Of a DNA stretch of 32,000 nucleotides, positions 16,480 through 25,709 are shown in pieces; the stretch's first letter is position 1, and each line of letters starts with the position of its first letter. The notes under the pieces were generated by a model, which worked only from the letters and a program-made list of their open reading frames with translations, did not search any database and was not told the DNA's origin. The position numbers and the translations under genes are program-made. This DNA is from Rhizobium phage RHph_I65. The stretch lies in the sequence record MN988541.1, one strand, 5' to 3'.

Positions 16480-16703
16480 CCGAGTATAGCGACAAGCAGA
16501 AGGCTTATATCAAGAAGCTTCGGGGCGTTGACTGGTGGGCCTGTATGTCAGATGACGGCGGGGTAGCTCGCCGTGGCGAGGCTCATGAACGAGCGGTCCG
16601 GGCCGAAGGTGAAGCTGATCCGGATCTGAAAGGCATGTACGGTCGATACCGGGATTGGGTACTCAAGAAGGTTCCCGAAGATCCCTTTGCCGAGGTCAAA
16701 TGA
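16476..16703 (+). CDS. Small hypothetical protein
   Basis: 75 aa (MTEYSDKQKAYIKKLRGVDWWACM...); last ORF before the terminator. Confidence 0.55.
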   Translation: MTEYSDKQKAYIKKLRGVDWWACMSDDGGVARRGEAHERAVRAEGEADPDLKGMYGRYRDWVLKKVPEDPFAEVK

Positions 16704-16725
16704 GCCCCCTTCTGGGGGCTTTTTC
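16703..16725 (+). terminator. Rho-independent terminator
   Basis: AGCCCCC-TTCT-GGGGGCT stem followed by TTTTTC. Confidence 0.88.
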
Positions 16726-16768
16726 TTGTGCGGTGAACCCAAGGCGGGGGGGCCGGATTTCTCTGGTT

Positions 16769-17066
16769 AAGTTAAGACGATCTTAAAGTGATACTTTAAG
16801 TTGTGCGCCACTGATTGGTTTTCCGTCTTAACTTCAGGCCGGGGATATCTTAACTTCATATTGGAAGTTAAGACGCATAAGCCCATGAACGGGCAGGGAA
16901 ATACCTGGATCTTAACTTTCTTAGGTACTATTTAATTCCGTAGACCTACGTCAAATAATTAGCCTCGGTAATAAAAGTTAAGAAAGATAAGTAAGTAGTT
17001 ATTCCTTTTTCGCTTCAATAGGTTACTGAGAACTGGTTTATGAAGGGGGTGGTGATGAAGTTAAGA
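16769..17066. repeat. Array of seven AAGTTAAGA 9-mers in both orientations (putative operator or iteron array)
   Basis: Copies at 16769(+), 16826(-), 16848(-), 16865(+), 16910(-), 16975(+), 17058(+); 10-bp inverted pair TCTTAACTTC-atattg-GAAGTTAAGA at 16848-16873. Confidence 0.85.
16782..16800. promoter_or_regulatory. Perfect inverted repeat CTTAAAGT-GAT-ACTTTAAG
   Basis: 8-bp arms and 3-nt spacer within the non-coding region. Confidence 0.6.
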
Positions 17067-17090
17067 AAGCTAAGACGGTTTCATGGAAAC

Positions 17091-17119
17091 TTGCCTGTTT
17101 TGCCCCTTTGGGCTATATT
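17091..17119 (+). promoter_or_regulatory. Candidate sigma70-type promoter of the structural operon (TTGCCT-17 bp-TATATT)
   Basis: Near-consensus boxes at 17-bp spacing, 27 nt upstream of the terminase small subunit ATG and just downstream of an AAGTTAAGA copy. Confidence 0.6.
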
Positions 17120-17146
17120 GTGAGGCGAGAATGAAGGAGCGTTCAC

Positions 17147-17740
17147 ATGGCGGTGAAAAAGCAGAAGGGTGCGGCCCGAGATCCGAAGCGGCGGGCGGCG
17201 ATTGCGAAGGCAGCGAAAGAGCGCGTTGCGAAGCCTTATAGCCCGGGGACGAAGATGTGGGAGTGCCGGTCCAAGATGGGGCCGAGGTATCTGTATTCCG
17301 GCGAGGAGGGCGCCGAGCAGCTTTGGAATGAGCTGCTGAGCTATCTGGAATGGTGCGAGGCGAACCCCCTGTATGAGGGCAAGCTGATCTCGTTCCAGGG
17401 CGTCGGGACGGTGGAGGAAGTTCCGAAGATGAGGATTGCGACGCTCGGCGGCTTCTGCTTGCATCTCGGGATCGCTCAAACGACCTATATGGACTGGCGC
17501 AAGCGCGAAGACTTATGCAATGTCATCGCCAATATTGACGCGGCTCTGTATGAGTACAAGATCGCGGGCGCTTCGGCGGATCTCCTTAACGCCAACATCA
17601 TCAGCCGTCTTCTTGGCCTCGCCGACAAGACTGAGCTCACCGGTCCCGGCGGCGGGCCGGTTCAGTCGATCACCGGGAATATGTCGGCCAAGGAAGCGGC
17701 TGACCTGTACGCACAGACTAGAGACAAGGGGAAGAAATGA
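17147..17740 (+). CDS. terS: Terminase small subunit / DNA-packaging protein
   Basis: 197 aa; 'MRIATLGGFCLHLGIAQTTYMDWRKREDLCNVI' HTH-like core, immediately upstream of the large terminase region. Confidence 0.75.
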   Translation: MAVKKQKGAARDPKRRAAIAKAAKERVAKPYSPGTKMWECRSKMGPRYLYSGEEGAEQLWNELLSYLEWCEANPLYEGKLISFQGVGTVEEVPKMRIATLGGFCLHLGIAQTTYMDWRKREDLCNVIANIDAALYEYKIAGASADLLNANIISRLLGLADKTELTGPGGGPVQSITGNMSAKEAADLYAQTRDKGKK

Positions 17741-18069
17741 CCGAGGGTCGCACGCCTTGTATCAATCCCCGCTGTAAGTGTACTGCTTCTGCTGAGAAGT
17801 TTCCGGATGAGATGATTTGTTACAAATGCTTCAAGGCGCTTCCGACCGAGCTCAGGACCGAGCACCGGGAGATCTGGAGGCAGTACCGGCTGTATGGGCG
17901 TCGGATCGCTCGCACCAGCGACGTCCTCAAGATCGTTCAGCTACGCAATATTCAGAACCGTTGGGCCTTCAGGCTTGAGGCTAATTGGCGCCGCATCCGG
18001 GAATATACGATCACCCCCGAGAAGCCCGAGGGTCTTGACAACTTCCTTGCTGAGGTCTTTCCGTCTTGA
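17737..18069 (+). CDS. Hypothetical protein with N-terminal Cys cluster (zinc-ribbon-like)
   Basis: 'CINPRCKC...CYKC' near the N-terminus; lies between TerS and TerL. Confidence 0.6.
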   Translation: MTEGRTPCINPRCKCTASAEKFPDEMICYKCFKALPTELRTEHREIWRQYRLYGRRIARTSDVLKIVQLRNIQNRWAFRLEANWRRIREYTITPEKPEGLDNFLAEVFPS

Positions 18070-19742
18070 ACGCCTACGTCAAGCCGCCCGAGGTATGGCC
18101 GCCAAACTACGTGGAGCTGTTCGCTTGGCGGCAGAACCAGCTGACGCTTCTCCGGAACGATCCGAGGATGCTTCAGGGCGCCCGGGCTTTCTACAAGCAG
18201 CCCGCGAACTGCGCCGCGTTCATCAACGATTGGATCGATACCTACGATCCCCGAAACGCAGGACAAGAGGGGAAGCTTACCAGCATGCCCTTCATCCTCT
18301 TTCAGCGCCAAGAGGAGATGGTTCAATTCCTAATCGCCTGCCTTCAGGGGGAGACCAATGGCCTGATCGAGAAATGCCGTGATGCGGGAGCAACCTGGGT
18401 TTGCGTCGCGGTAACGGTCTGGCTCTGGCTGTTTATGGACGGCGCAGCGGTCGGCTGGGGATCTCGTAAAGAGCAGCTGGTGGACAAGATCGGCGACCCC
18501 GATAGCATCTTTGAGAAGATCCGGGCGGTCATCCGCCAGCTGCCTGAGGAGTTTCTGCCGGCGGGCTTCTCGTTCAACGACCATATGTCCTATATGAAGA
18601 TCATCAACCCGGAGAGCGGGGCGACGATCACCGGCGAGGCAGGCGACAACATCGGTCGCGGCGGTCGCAAGCTGATCTACTTCAAGGACGAGAGCGCCCA
18701 CTACGAGCACCCGGATCTGATCGAAGCCGCCTTGGGCGATAACACCAGGGTTCAGATTGACATCTCCTCGGTGAACGGCATCGGCAACGTGTTCCACCGC
18801 AAGCGGAAGAACGGCGTGGAGTGGGAGCCGGGGCAGGACGTCGTCAAGAACAAGTCCAACGTGTTCATCTTCCGTTGGTCTGACCACCCCGCCAAGACGC
18901 TGGATTGGTACACGGCCCGCCGAGCTGAGTGGGAAGAGAACGGCCTGCTTCACAAATTCGCCCAAGAGGTTGACCGCGACTACTCGGGCTCGGTCGAAGG
19001 CGTCATCATTAAGGCCGAGTGGGTGCGGGCCGCAGTCGATGCTCACATCAAGCTCGGGTTCACCGATCAGGGCACCTGGCTCGCCGGTCTGGATGTCGCC
19101 GACGAAGGTTTGGACAAGAGCGCGCTGGCCCAGAGGAAGGGCGTTGTGCTCAAGGCGTGCGAGCACTGGGGTCAGGTTGACACAGGCGTCACCGCTCGGC
19201 GCGCTCTTCAGAAGCTCGTGGACCCTCGCTCCACCCGGCTGATGTATGACTGTATCGGTGTGGGAGCGGGCTGTAAGAGCGAGTTTAACCGGCTGCGCTC
19301 CAGCGATGAGCCGAACGAGCGCTGGCTGATGCCTGACGAGCTTCGGGTGGAGCCCTGGAATGCGGCTGACGCGGTCCTGTTCCCCGAGGAGAACATCATC
19401 AAGGGAGACAAAAACTCCCCGCTCAACAAAGACTACTACATGAACCTGAAGGCGCAGGCCTGGCGCATGCTCTCGCTTCGGTTCTACAAGACTTGGCGAG
19501 CCGTTACTGAGGGCGCCGACTTCGACACCGAGGAGCTGATCAGCATCGACAGCACGATCAAGGACGTGGAGAAGCTAATTGAAGAATTGTCCCAGGCTAC
19601 TTCCGGTTTGAGCACCGGTCGTCTAAAGTGGATGGTCAATAAGAAGCCTGATGGCTCGTCTTCGCCGAACATGGCTGATGCGGTTGTCATGGCTTATTGG
19701 CCTGTCGCCAAGAGCCGCTACACCTTGAGGAACGTCGGATGA
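18066..19742 (+). CDS. terL: Terminase large subunit
   Basis: 558 aa; 'FQRQEEMVQFLIACL', 'LIEKCRDAGATWVCVAV' ATPase-like segment, 'KLIYFKDESAHYEHPDLIEAALGDNT'. Confidence 0.85.
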   Translation: MNAYVKPPEVWPPNYVELFAWRQNQLTLLRNDPRMLQGARAFYKQPANCAAFINDWIDTYDPRNAGQEGKLTSMPFILFQRQEEMVQFLIACLQGETNGLIEKCRDAGATWVCVAVTVWLWLFMDGAAVGWGSRKEQLVDKIGDPDSIFEKIRAVIRQLPEEFLPAGFSFNDHMSYMKIINPESGATITGEAGDNIGRGGRKLIYFKDESAHYEHPDLIEAALGDNTRVQIDISSVNGIGNVFHRKRKNGVEWEPGQDVVKNKSNVFIFRWSDHPAKTLDWYTARRAEWEENGLLHKFAQEVDRDYSGSVEGVIIKAEWVRAAVDAHIKLGFTDQGTWLAGLDVADEGLDKSALAQRKGVVLKACEHWGQVDTGVTARRALQKLVDPRSTRLMYDCIGVGAGCKSEFNRLRSSDEPNERWLMPDELRVEPWNAADAVLFPEENIIKGDKNSPLNKDYYMNLKAQAWRMLSLRFYKTWRAVTEGADFDTEELISIDSTIKDVEKLIEELSQATSGLSTGRLKWMVNKKPDGSSSPNMADAVVMAYWPVAKSRYTLRNVG

Positions 19743-21577
19743 CCGATCAGCAGAATGACAGCCTTCGCTCCTTGCTCACCGGCCTCGGCGATCCGAACAG
19801 GGACAAGGCAGCGCTCGGCTCCCTCGGGTACATGGACTACGTTCTTGATGACCAGCAGCTCTGGTCGGCGTACCGTAACAGCTGGATCGCGCGCAAGATC
19901 GTCAACATTCCCGCTCAGGACGCTTGCCGCCGGTGGAGAGCTTGGCAGGCCGATCAGGAGCAGATCACCCTCATCGAGAAGGAGGAGAAGCGCCTGGGGT
20001 TGAAGGGCAAGCTCCTACTCTGCAAGACGCTCGCCAGGCTCTGGGGCGGCGCCGCGATCTACATTGGCGACGGCGGGAGGGCGGATCAACCGCTCAACCC
20101 CGAGCTCATGGGGAAGGGCGGGCTCAAATACCTTACCGTGATGAGCCGCCGGGAAGTCATCGCTGGTCAGCTCCAGGACGATCCGACAGACCAATATTAC
20201 AACCTGCCGCGTGATTATCAGGTCGCCAATTCGTCGGCGTTTGTCGACATCCACCCCTCCCGGCTCGTGATCCAGATCGGCGAGATGAACCCCGATCCTC
20301 GGCTGATGAGTGTGAACCAGGGATGGGGCGACAGCTCCCTCCAAGCCGTCTACTCGGCGCTGACCCAGGCTGACTCGGCCACCGCCAATATCTCCTCCTT
20401 GCTGTTCGAAGCGAACATTGACGTGTTCGGTATCCCGGGGCTGATGGAGCTGGTATCAACGGCGAAGGATCGGCAGAAGATCCTGGACCGCATGACGCTC
20501 GCCGCCGCCGGGAAGTCGATCAACCGCGCGCTGATCATGGACGCCGAGGAAGAGTACAACCGACACACAATCAACTTCTCCAACCTCCCGGAGTTGATGC
20601 AGGCCTTCCTCACCAACGTATCAGGTGCCGCCGATATCCCGCTGACGCGCTTCCTTGGCCAGTCCCCGGCGGGGCTCAATTCGACCGGCGAGGGGGATAT
20701 GAAGAACTATCAGGATCGCGTGACCGCGATCCAGGAGCTGGAAATCCAGCCGCAGCTTTCGATCCTTGATGACTGCCTGGTCCGATCTGCTTTGGGCGCC
20801 CGTCCAGAAGAAATTTTCTACAATTGGAACCCGCTTGAGCAGATGAGCGAGAAGGAGCTGGCCGAGATCGGGAAGCTTCACGCCGATACCGCGCAAGTGG
20901 TCGTTAATACCGGGCTCTTCATGCCTGAGGAGCTGCGCCAGGTCGTCGGCAACCAGTTCGTGGAAAGTGGTCTTTACCCCGGCCTCGGCGATCTTCTCAA
21001 GGAGAATGGCGAGGATCTACCGGAATTTGATCTGGAGCGCCGGTCCGCCGAAGCAACCGTGAAGCAATTGGAAAACCCTCCGAAGCCCAAGGCAGTCGGG
21101 GACGCGGCGCCGAGGAGCCTGTATGTCAAGCGCGACGTCCTCAACGGGGAGCAAATCGCGCGCTGGTATCGTGAACAGAACGTTCCCGGGGTCTACGCCC
21201 CGAATGAGATGCACGTCACAATCGTCTACAGCAAGAAGCCTGTGGATTGGATGAAGCTAGGATCTTCCTGGGCCGGTACTCTTGAGCTACCCGAGGGCGG
21301 GCCTCGTATGATGGAGCTGTTCGGTGCTCCCGGTGAGGGGATCTTGGTGCTGCTGTTCCAGTCGGCTGAGCTCGATTACCGAGCCGGGGAAGCTCGCGAC
21401 ATTGGCGCCGAGTTCACCCACGGCGAATATCAGTCGCACATCACCATCAGTCTGCTCGGCAACGAGGTTGACCTGGCCAACGTGAAGCCTTATCAAGGTC
21501 CCATCACTCTCGGTCCGGAGATCTTCCAGGAGATCGATGACAGCGCAGACTGGAAAGACAAGGTTCAAACGGAGTAA
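19739..21577 (+). CDS. Portal protein (DUF1073 / Acb1-like N-terminal family) with C-terminal 2H-phosphoesterase (Acb1-like) domain
   Basis: N-terminus 'YRNSWIARKIVNIPAQDACRRWRAW', 'KTLARLWGGAAIYIG'; C-terminus (about 21119-21577) with paired 'HVTIVY' and 'HITISL'. Confidence 0.82.
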   Translation: MTDQQNDSLRSLLTGLGDPNRDKAALGSLGYMDYVLDDQQLWSAYRNSWIARKIVNIPAQDACRRWRAWQADQEQITLIEKEEKRLGLKGKLLLCKTLARLWGGAAIYIGDGGRADQPLNPELMGKGGLKYLTVMSRREVIAGQLQDDPTDQYYNLPRDYQVANSSAFVDIHPSRLVIQIGEMNPDPRLMSVNQGWGDSSLQAVYSALTQADSATANISSLLFEANIDVFGIPGLMELVSTAKDRQKILDRMTLAAAGKSINRALIMDAEEEYNRHTINFSNLPELMQAFLTNVSGAADIPLTRFLGQSPAGLNSTGEGDMKNYQDRVTAIQELEIQPQLSILDDCLVRSALGARPEEIFYNWNPLEQMSEKELAEIGKLHADTAQVVVNTGLFMPEELRQVVGNQFVESGLYPGLGDLLKENGEDLPEFDLERRSAEATVKQLENPPKPKAVGDAAPRSLYVKRDVLNGEQIARWYREQNVPGVYAPNEMHVTIVYSKKPVDWMKLGSSWAGTLELPEGGPRMMELFGAPGEGILVLLFQSAELDYRAGEARDIGAEFTHGEYQSHITISLLGNEVDLANVKPYQGPITLGPEIFQEIDDSADWKDKVQTE

Positions 21578-21582
21578 ACCAC

Positions 21583-21837
21583 ATGGCCGTCGTCACTACA
21601 ACAGTCAATCTCACCGCCGATACCTGGACGCAGATCTCTACCGGTCAGGCCAACGTCTTGGTCCAGCGTCTATCCGGCATCATCCGGGTTGCGGTCAAGG
21701 CGACCGCCCCGAGCGGCGCCGTGGGTCACATTCTCGATGACGACCAAAGCTCCATCAGCTTCGGATCGCTCGCCGCGACGGACCTGGTTTGGGCTCTCTC
21801 CAGCAACGAAGCCCAGAAGATCGTTGTGACCGCCTAA
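21583..21837 (+). CDS. Small probable virion-associated protein
   Basis: 84-aa ORF in the head gene cluster. Confidence 0.5.
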   Translation: MAVVTTTVNLTADTWTQISTGQANVLVQRLSGIIRVAVKATAPSGAVGHILDDDQSSISFGSLAATDLVWALSSNEAQKIVVTA

Positions 21838-21852
21838 CAGGAGCCGAGCCCC

Positions 21853-23580
21853 ATGGGGAAGAAGAACGCTGGTGCACTGGCCTTTGGCTCTCCATCCTTC
21901 CGGATTGGTGCTGGCGGTCGCTTACGCCTCGGAACCGGCGCTGTTTCGCCGTGGTACGATCCCAACGCCCTGGAAGTGGACTTCATCAACGGTCGCTTCG
22001 CCAAGAATGGCGTTGTGTACGCCGACCAGGCAGCTTTTCTTCTCGGTCTGAAGGGTAGCGATAGCGCGGCGGCGGCTGGGGTAACGTCCGGTCGCCTCAC
22101 GGTTGGTAATTATGTGTCTCCCGGCATCACAGAAGAGCTTATTGACCCGACATTTTCGACGGGTACGCCGTGGGTTCCTCGGCAAAGCTCGGGCGGGCCT
22201 GCCACGGCGTCGATTGTATCAGACGTTCTTCGTCTGCAAGGCAATGGCGCAGTCAACCCGGGCGTTGACCAGAAGATCAACCCGCTCAAAAGCAAGGCGT
22301 ACCGTCTCACAGGCACCGTGGGTCGCGGAACGAGCGGGGTTGGTAATCAGTTGGGGGTCGGATCTTCCCCCGGCTTCGGCACTCCGATTGCTCAGAGCCC
22401 GCTGACCCCGTCCACCAACACCTACACCCACAATTTCTCAACAGTTGGATCGGCGGCGGCTCCTGACACCTACATAGGCATGAAGTCGTCCGGCACGGTT
22501 GCGGGTTCGAATTATTCAACTGCTGACAACTTTTCGTGCAAGGAGTGCTGGCCGTTCGAAGGCTTCCAACCGGGTTTCGTTTCGGGGCGGATCAGGTTCC
22601 GTTCATGCGCGGACGGGGTCGGCACCTATAATCTGCTGCAATTTGACAACAATGCGGTGAACGGCACCACCGCAATCGAGAATAGCTGGATCAGAATTCG
22701 TGAAGTCGCGGGGGTCATGCAGCTGGTCATCGTTTATGAGACCGCCGCCGGAACTGCGACCACTCAAACCATTATGTCGTTGGGAGCCGTCGAACCGTCA
22801 ACAGACCATTATATTGATTTCGGCGTTGCTCCCGGCTTCGCAGCAGCAAGTATGGACGGTGGAGCCCCCACCAACTTCCTCTTGGGCAACATGCCCGGGA
22901 TCGCTTACATGCGCATGCATTACGGTCGCCTCACGACCGGCAACCTCTGGGACAACACCAACACATGGCTCACGCTTTACAACAATCTTATTTATCCTGC
23001 TGGAGCCAACCCAGCGAGCTTTGTCAATTACGGTGACAGCTATGGCCGCATTGGTGGTTACGTCCGGACGGCGACCGGCCTCATTTTGCGCGACAAATCC
23101 TCTGGCGGTTTGGAGCTTCAGGCGATCTACGATATTGTTCTGGCGAACCCGAGCACCTACGGAAAGCCGACAGTGTTCTGGGACGGAAAGCCCAACGGCA
23201 ACCCATCAGGCACGACCGATTACCTGAACATGATCGAAGCGATTGGTAATCTCATCGGTTGGAGCAATTTCGCGATCTCGGGACCGGTCAAGACGATCAT
23301 TGGTTCAGGTGAGAATGCCGGTATTGACGCCCGCCGTTCGGGTATCCAGGCGCTATGCGCTACGCATGGTGGTTATTACATCGACGGTCAAGCCATCCTC
23401 GCCGCTCATGGCGACGGCTCGGCGGGGGACAATGCGGCAATTGCGGGCGGCGTCTGCCCGCCGTCGCTACTGGAACCAGACGGGGTTCATATCAACGCGA
23501 CCGGTAATGGTTGGGTAGCGGGAAATTCTACTGCTGCCGGCACCTTTGCGAAGGCTCTCAAGGATATGGGAGCTTATTGA
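21853..23580 (+). CDS. SGNH/GDSL-hydrolase-like virion protein
   Basis: 575 aa; 'VNYGDSYGR' resembles block I GDS; 'PDGVHINATG' resembles the DxxH block V. Confidence 0.6.
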   Translation: MGKKNAGALAFGSPSFRIGAGGRLRLGTGAVSPWYDPNALEVDFINGRFAKNGVVYADQAAFLLGLKGSDSAAAAGVTSGRLTVGNYVSPGITEELIDPTFSTGTPWVPRQSSGGPATASIVSDVLRLQGNGAVNPGVDQKINPLKSKAYRLTGTVGRGTSGVGNQLGVGSSPGFGTPIAQSPLTPSTNTYTHNFSTVGSAAAPDTYIGMKSSGTVAGSNYSTADNFSCKECWPFEGFQPGFVSGRIRFRSCADGVGTYNLLQFDNNAVNGTTAIENSWIRIREVAGVMQLVIVYETAAGTATTQTIMSLGAVEPSTDHYIDFGVAPGFAAASMDGGAPTNFLLGNMPGIAYMRMHYGRLTTGNLWDNTNTWLTLYNNLIYPAGANPASFVNYGDSYGRIGGYVRTATGLILRDKSSGGLELQAIYDIVLANPSTYGKPTVFWDGKPNGNPSGTTDYLNMIEAIGNLIGWSNFAISGPVKTIIGSGENAGIDARRSGIQALCATHGGYYIDGQAILAAHGDGSAGDNAAIAGGVCPPSLLEPDGVHINATGNGWVAGNSTAAGTFAKALKDMGAY

Positions 23581-24405
23581 GTGAAATACTCCCTTGCCCA
23601 GATCGCCAGTCAGCAGCGTCCCCGCCCGCCGGGGACGGTTGAGCTGTTCCCGATCATCACCGAGGACGCAGGCACCTATGCGTCTTATCTCAAGGCGATC
23701 CGGGTTCTGGAATACGAGATGGCCCGCCTGATCCGGGACGTGCTCCTGCCAGCATACGGCAGCGCCCGGTCAAATCTGCGAGACGGCGACACCCTACTGG
23801 TCACTGACGCGGACGAGAGCACCTTTGAGCAGATCCGGGCCGCGATGCGGGCGATTGCCAGCGCCGTCTCGGGGCAGATCCGCGACATCATCACCCTGGC
23901 GTCGCAGTCGCACACCAAGAAGTGGATGGCTGCGGCTAAGCGAGCCTTTGGCGTGGATCTCTCGGCGGTCGTCCGGGCCGAGGATCTTGAAAGCTATCTT
24001 GACGCGGCAGCGCTGCGCAACGCGGGCCTGATCAAGGGCTTCAGCGACGACCTTGTCAAGACCGTCCAGCAGTACACGACCACGGCTCTGATCCAGGGCA
24101 AGTCGGCGAAAGAGCTTCAGGCCCAGCTCAAGGATCGGCTTGAGGTCAGCGATAGCAGAGCCCGCTTGATCGCCCGGGACCAGACCGCCAAGCTGACGTC
24201 GGATCTGAACCGGCGCCGCCACGAGGATGCGGGCATTGAGGAATACGATTGGCGGACGTCGCATGACGAGCGCGTTAGGTCGCTTCATCGCAAGCTAGAC
24301 GGACTGCGTTACAAGTACGGTCAACCCACCGGCGCCGAGGGAGGACTGCCCCCTGGGCAACCCATCCAGTGCCGTTGCGTCGCACAAGGAGTGGTGGTGT
24401 TTTGA
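23581..24405 (+). CDS. Minor head protein, Mu F-like
   Basis: GTG start; 'ARLIARDQTAKLTSDLNRRRHEDAGIEEYDWRTSHDERVRSLHRKLDG...CRCVA' typical of MuF C-termini. Confidence 0.85.
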   Translation: MKYSLAQIASQQRPRPPGTVELFPIITEDAGTYASYLKAIRVLEYEMARLIRDVLLPAYGSARSNLRDGDTLLVTDADESTFEQIRAAMRAIASAVSGQIRDIITLASQSHTKKWMAAAKRAFGVDLSAVVRAEDLESYLDAAALRNAGLIKGFSDDLVKTVQQYTTTALIQGKSAKELQAQLKDRLEVSDSRARLIARDQTAKLTSDLNRRRHEDAGIEEYDWRTSHDERVRSLHRKLDGLRYKYGQPTGAEGGLPPGQPIQCRCVAQGVVVF

Positions 24406-24560
24406 GCTGCGGGGGATGCGAAGAACGCAGAAGAGCAATAGTTGGCGCGGTCAAGAACCCATCGACCGCCTTGACGGCGGCTAAGTTTGTCGCTAAAACT
24501 TCCGGTCAAGATATTGCCAAAGCAGCCCAGGTTGTGATCAAAAGGTTCAGACGGCGTTGA
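24402..24560 (+). CDS. Small hypothetical protein (start uncertain, possible TTG at 24402)
   Basis: Possible TTGA overlap; 'SCGGCEERRRAIVGAVKNPSTALTAAKFVAK'. Confidence 0.45.
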   Translation: MSCGGCEERRRAIVGAVKNPSTALTAAKFVAKTSGQDIAKAAQVVIKRFRRR

Positions 24561-25708
24561 TCGTTCAATTCGCGGACACAGTCACCATTGAAGGCACCCG
24601 GGTTCGCCAGGACGGCTATCTGGTGGCTGATGCGCGGATCGCTCGCACCGGCATTCAACGCTACCTCGGCGTGGAAGTCGGCAAGCCGGATCTCGCCTTT
24701 GTTGACGTGTACCGGCCCGAGGCTGAGGTGTTCAGCGCCGACGCCATGGCATCATTCGCTCATATCCCGGTGACGGACGATCACCCAAAGGAAGCGGTGA
24801 CCTCGGACACCTGGAAAAAGCTCGCAGTGGGTCAGACTGACGGCGAGATCCGCCGGGACGGCGATTTCTTGCGCGTGCCGCTCATGGTCGCCGATGGAGC
24901 CGTCATCTCCAAGATCAACTCCGGCAAGCGTGAGTTGAGCGCGGGCTACACCTGCGATATGGTGTTCCAGGACGGGGTCACCCCCGAGGGCGTCGCATAC
25001 GGCGCCATTCAAACCAATATCCGAGCCAATCACGTCGCGGTCGTGGATCGCGGACGGGCCGGGAAGCAGTGCCGCATCGGTGATTCCGAGGCACCAATCT
25101 GGGGCACCACCCCAATCATCGACGCGAGAAAGGATCAACCAATGCCGCGTATCATCATGGTGGATGGGCTGTCTGTGGAAACCACGGATGCTGGCGCCCA
25201 GGCCATTGAAAAGCTTATCGGGGACCGCAAGGGCCTCCAGGACCAGCTCACCGCCGCGACCAGCGCTCATACGCTCGCCGTCGCCGATCTCAACAAGCAG
25301 CTCGCTGCTAAGGACGCTGCCCTGGACGACGCCAAGGCCAAGGTTCTGGACGCTGCCGCGATCTCCAAGCTGGTCGCTGACCGTGTCGCCCTGGAGGCAG
25401 TCGCCGTCAAGATCTTCAAGGACGTCAAGCCGGTCGGTCTCACCGATGCTGAGCTGAAGGTCGCCGTCGTCAAGGGCGTGCTCGGCGATAAGGTGCCGGC
25501 TGACAAGCTCACCAATCAGTCCTACGTGGACGCTCGTTTCGACATCTTGGCCGAGGATGCCAACAAGGTTGTCGATACGTTCCGTGATGCCCGCCTGGCG
25601 GCTCCCGGCACACCCCAGAACGTGTCGGATGCTGCGGCTGCTCGTCAGCAGGCTTTCGACGCCCTTGTCCACTTTGACCAGACCGGTCAGGAACTGAAGG
25701 CAAACTGA
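24557..25708 (+). CDS. DUF2213 prohead protease/scaffold fusion
   Basis: 383 aa; 'ARTGIQRYLG', 'PVTDDHP', 'KRELSAGYTCD', 'NHVAVVDRGRAG', followed by a coiled-coil-like scaffold region. Confidence 0.8.
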   Translation: MIVQFADTVTIEGTRVRQDGYLVADARIARTGIQRYLGVEVGKPDLAFVDVYRPEAEVFSADAMASFAHIPVTDDHPKEAVTSDTWKKLAVGQTDGEIRRDGDFLRVPLMVADGAVISKINSGKRELSAGYTCDMVFQDGVTPEGVAYGAIQTNIRANHVAVVDRGRAGKQCRIGDSEAPIWGTTPIIDARKDQPMPRIIMVDGLSVETTDAGAQAIEKLIGDRKGLQDQLTAATSAHTLAVADLNKQLAAKDAALDDAKAKVLDAAAISKLVADRVALEAVAVKIFKDVKPVGLTDAELKVAVVKGVLGDKVPADKLTNQSYVDARFDILAEDANKVVDTFRDARLAAPGTPQNVSDAAAARQQAFDALVHFDQTGQELKAN

Positions 25709-25709
25709 T

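Noticed and set aside
16703-16725. Terminator read as a CRISPR or repeat element
   Set aside because: Single hairpin with T tract and no regularly spaced repeats; standard intrinsic terminator.
16726-17146. AAGTTAAGA array as CRISPR repeats
   Set aside because: Repeats are only 9 nt, in both orientations with irregular 17-83 nt start-to-start spacing; inconsistent with CRISPR.
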